The position numbers were made by a program, and so were the translations under genes. DNA of 63,473 bases, filler included, from Octopus bimaculoides (taxonomy: Eukaryota): the NCBI RefSeq assembly GCF_001194135.2. It is 7 parts of 7 records of this genome, joined end to end, with 100 filler letters (N's around TTAATTAATTAA, not from the genome) between each part and the next. Parts side by side here need not be neighbours in the genome. Positions count along the whole stretch, not along the records: positions 53,968 to 63,473 come from NC_068982.1; 6 more parts are not named here. The stretch is one strand, 5' to 3'. Below, piece by piece: positions 61,731 to 63,473 of this stretch (position 1 is the stretch's first letter; each line of letters begins with the position of its first letter). Under the pieces are notes generated by a model. The model made no database searches. It saw only the letters and a program-made list of their open reading frames with translations, and was not told the origin of the DNA.

Positions 61731-62263
61731 GTACATACGTTCCTNNNNNNNNNNNNNNNNNNNNNNNNNNNNNNNNNNNNNNNNNNNNNNNNNNNNNNNN
61801 NNNNNNNNNNNNNNNNNNNNNNNNNNNNNNNNNNNNNNNNNNNNNNNNNNNNNNNNNNNNNNNNNNNNNNNNNNNNNNNNNNNNNNNNNNNNNNNNNNNN
61901 NNNNNNNNNNNNNNNNNNNNNNNNNNNNNNNNNNNNNNNNNNNNNNNNNNNNNNNNNNNNNNNNNNNNNNNNNNNNNNNNNNNNNNNNNNNNNNNNNNNN
62001 NNNNNNNNNNNNNNNNNNNNNNNNNNNNNNNNNNNNNNNNNNNNNNNNNNNNNNNNNNNNNNNNNNNNNNNNNNNNNNNNNNNNNNNNNNNNNNNNNNNN
62101 NNNNNNNNNNNNNNNNNNNNNNNNNNNNNNNNNNNNNNNNNNNNNNNNNNNNNNNNNNNNNNNNNNNNNNNNNNNNNNNNNNNNNNNNNNNNNNNNNNNN
62201 NNNNNNNNNNNNNNNNNNNNNNNNNNNNNNNNNNNNNNNNNNNNNNNNNTATATATATGTATG

Positions 62264-62301
<38 letters not shown>

Positions 62302-63162
62302 CGCGCGCACGCGTAAGATGTCACCTTATTTATGTAGTGTAGGATCGCCACTGTAGAACTATGTGAACTAAACCAATTTTAGTTGGTTAAGTTTCCTTAG
62401 TTGAATACGTCTTTACATTCTCGTGTTTTTCCTCCTATTCCTTAGAGGAACCTTTATAGATAATGTTGAAATATGGTATATATTTCATTTTTGGCTAGTT
62501 TTCGTGATATTACTGCGCAAACACTGCATGTGTTACAACGTTGGTATGTAATTTTACATTGAGTTGTGTCGTATGTTGCTTTGAGAGATTTATATTTTTG
62601 AATCGGGATCATTTATACGATGATTATGTAATAATCCGCTATTTTCCGAAAAGATTTATAACTTACGATGGCGTTCAAATATCTGAACCTCATATATTTG
62701 AGAGTTGATTCCGCTAACCAACTCTTCAAACACTAAGACTGCTTATAATTATTTTTTGTTTCACATTGACTATCAATAAATATATTTGCAATAGTGCAAT
62801 TCTCGTAATATTCTGTGAGATATCAAGAAAATTGGTTGAGAATTACACAAGATATTTTGTTTAGCGAAAGGCAATACTGTTCAAGGTGAAAAACATACAG
62901 AAATAATATGATCAAGTGCTCTGATGTTGATTGCTCATTCATAATGATCAAACAGCGCATTTCAAGGTCTACACTCAAATTTCGTGGCTGTGTACCTGTC
63001 CATTTTATAACAGAAGAACCTGCATTTCCTCCAATATTTCGGGCCATATATAGCTGCCCGTGGCGAAAGGATGTGAATACACGCATACACACACACACAC
63101 TCATGCACACACACACACATACACATTCACACACATACACACATATATATATACAGATATAC

Positions 63163-63220
<58 letters not shown>

Positions 63221-63473
63221 ACGCATATATGCATATATACATATATACGTGCATTTATATTTGTGTGTGAGTGTATGTGTATTAATAAGATAGGGCTTTG
63301 CACTGACTACCACATGAGGCTTGTGCACTATCTTTAATACATAGCTTAAATGACCTGAAATAGTACTGAATAGGTTCATAAGTTTGTACATCTCTCCCCT
63401 CCTCTATCCTTATATATATTACTCGGTCTCTCTCTTCTACTCTCTCTCTATCTCTATTTCTCTCGCTATATAT

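Noticed and set aside
183-63391. Numerous 60-400 aa ORFs rich in YI/CV/HT or X
   Set aside because: They are translations of (TA)n, (TG)n and (CA)n repeats or of N-gaps.

Overview
AT-rich, microsatellite- and SINE-dense animal genomic DNA. The repeat families look octopod (inference). Six identical 100-bp linkers (44 N + TTAATTAATTAA + 44 N) split the window into seven segments whose adjacency may be artificial. Three partial intron-containing genes were reconstructed from splice sites and reading phase. (1) A TRPT1/Tpt1(KptA)-like gene (+, 16522-30311): the first catalytic-domain exon is preceded by S/Q/N/Y/G-rich phase-0 mini-exons, three of which arose by cassette duplication. (2) Exons 1-6 of a hephaestin/ceruloplasmin-like multicopper oxidase (+, 34239-43513). 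(3) Three internal NOTUM exons (-, 50350-51541). The rest is decayed transposons (mariner, maT, Tc1, Merlin, Tigger, Penelope-like, CR1, RTE, L1/Tx1-like), four SINE-like families, foldback elements, a 111-bp satellite and simple repeats. The most notable unannotated signals are six type-I minimal hammerhead-ribozyme motifs (four in sense orientation in the hephaestin introns, one apparently intact), the prion-like N-terminal extension of the TRPT1-like gene, and an in-frame Merlin-Tc1 transposase chimera. Most ORF-track entries are microsatellite or N-gap artefacts.
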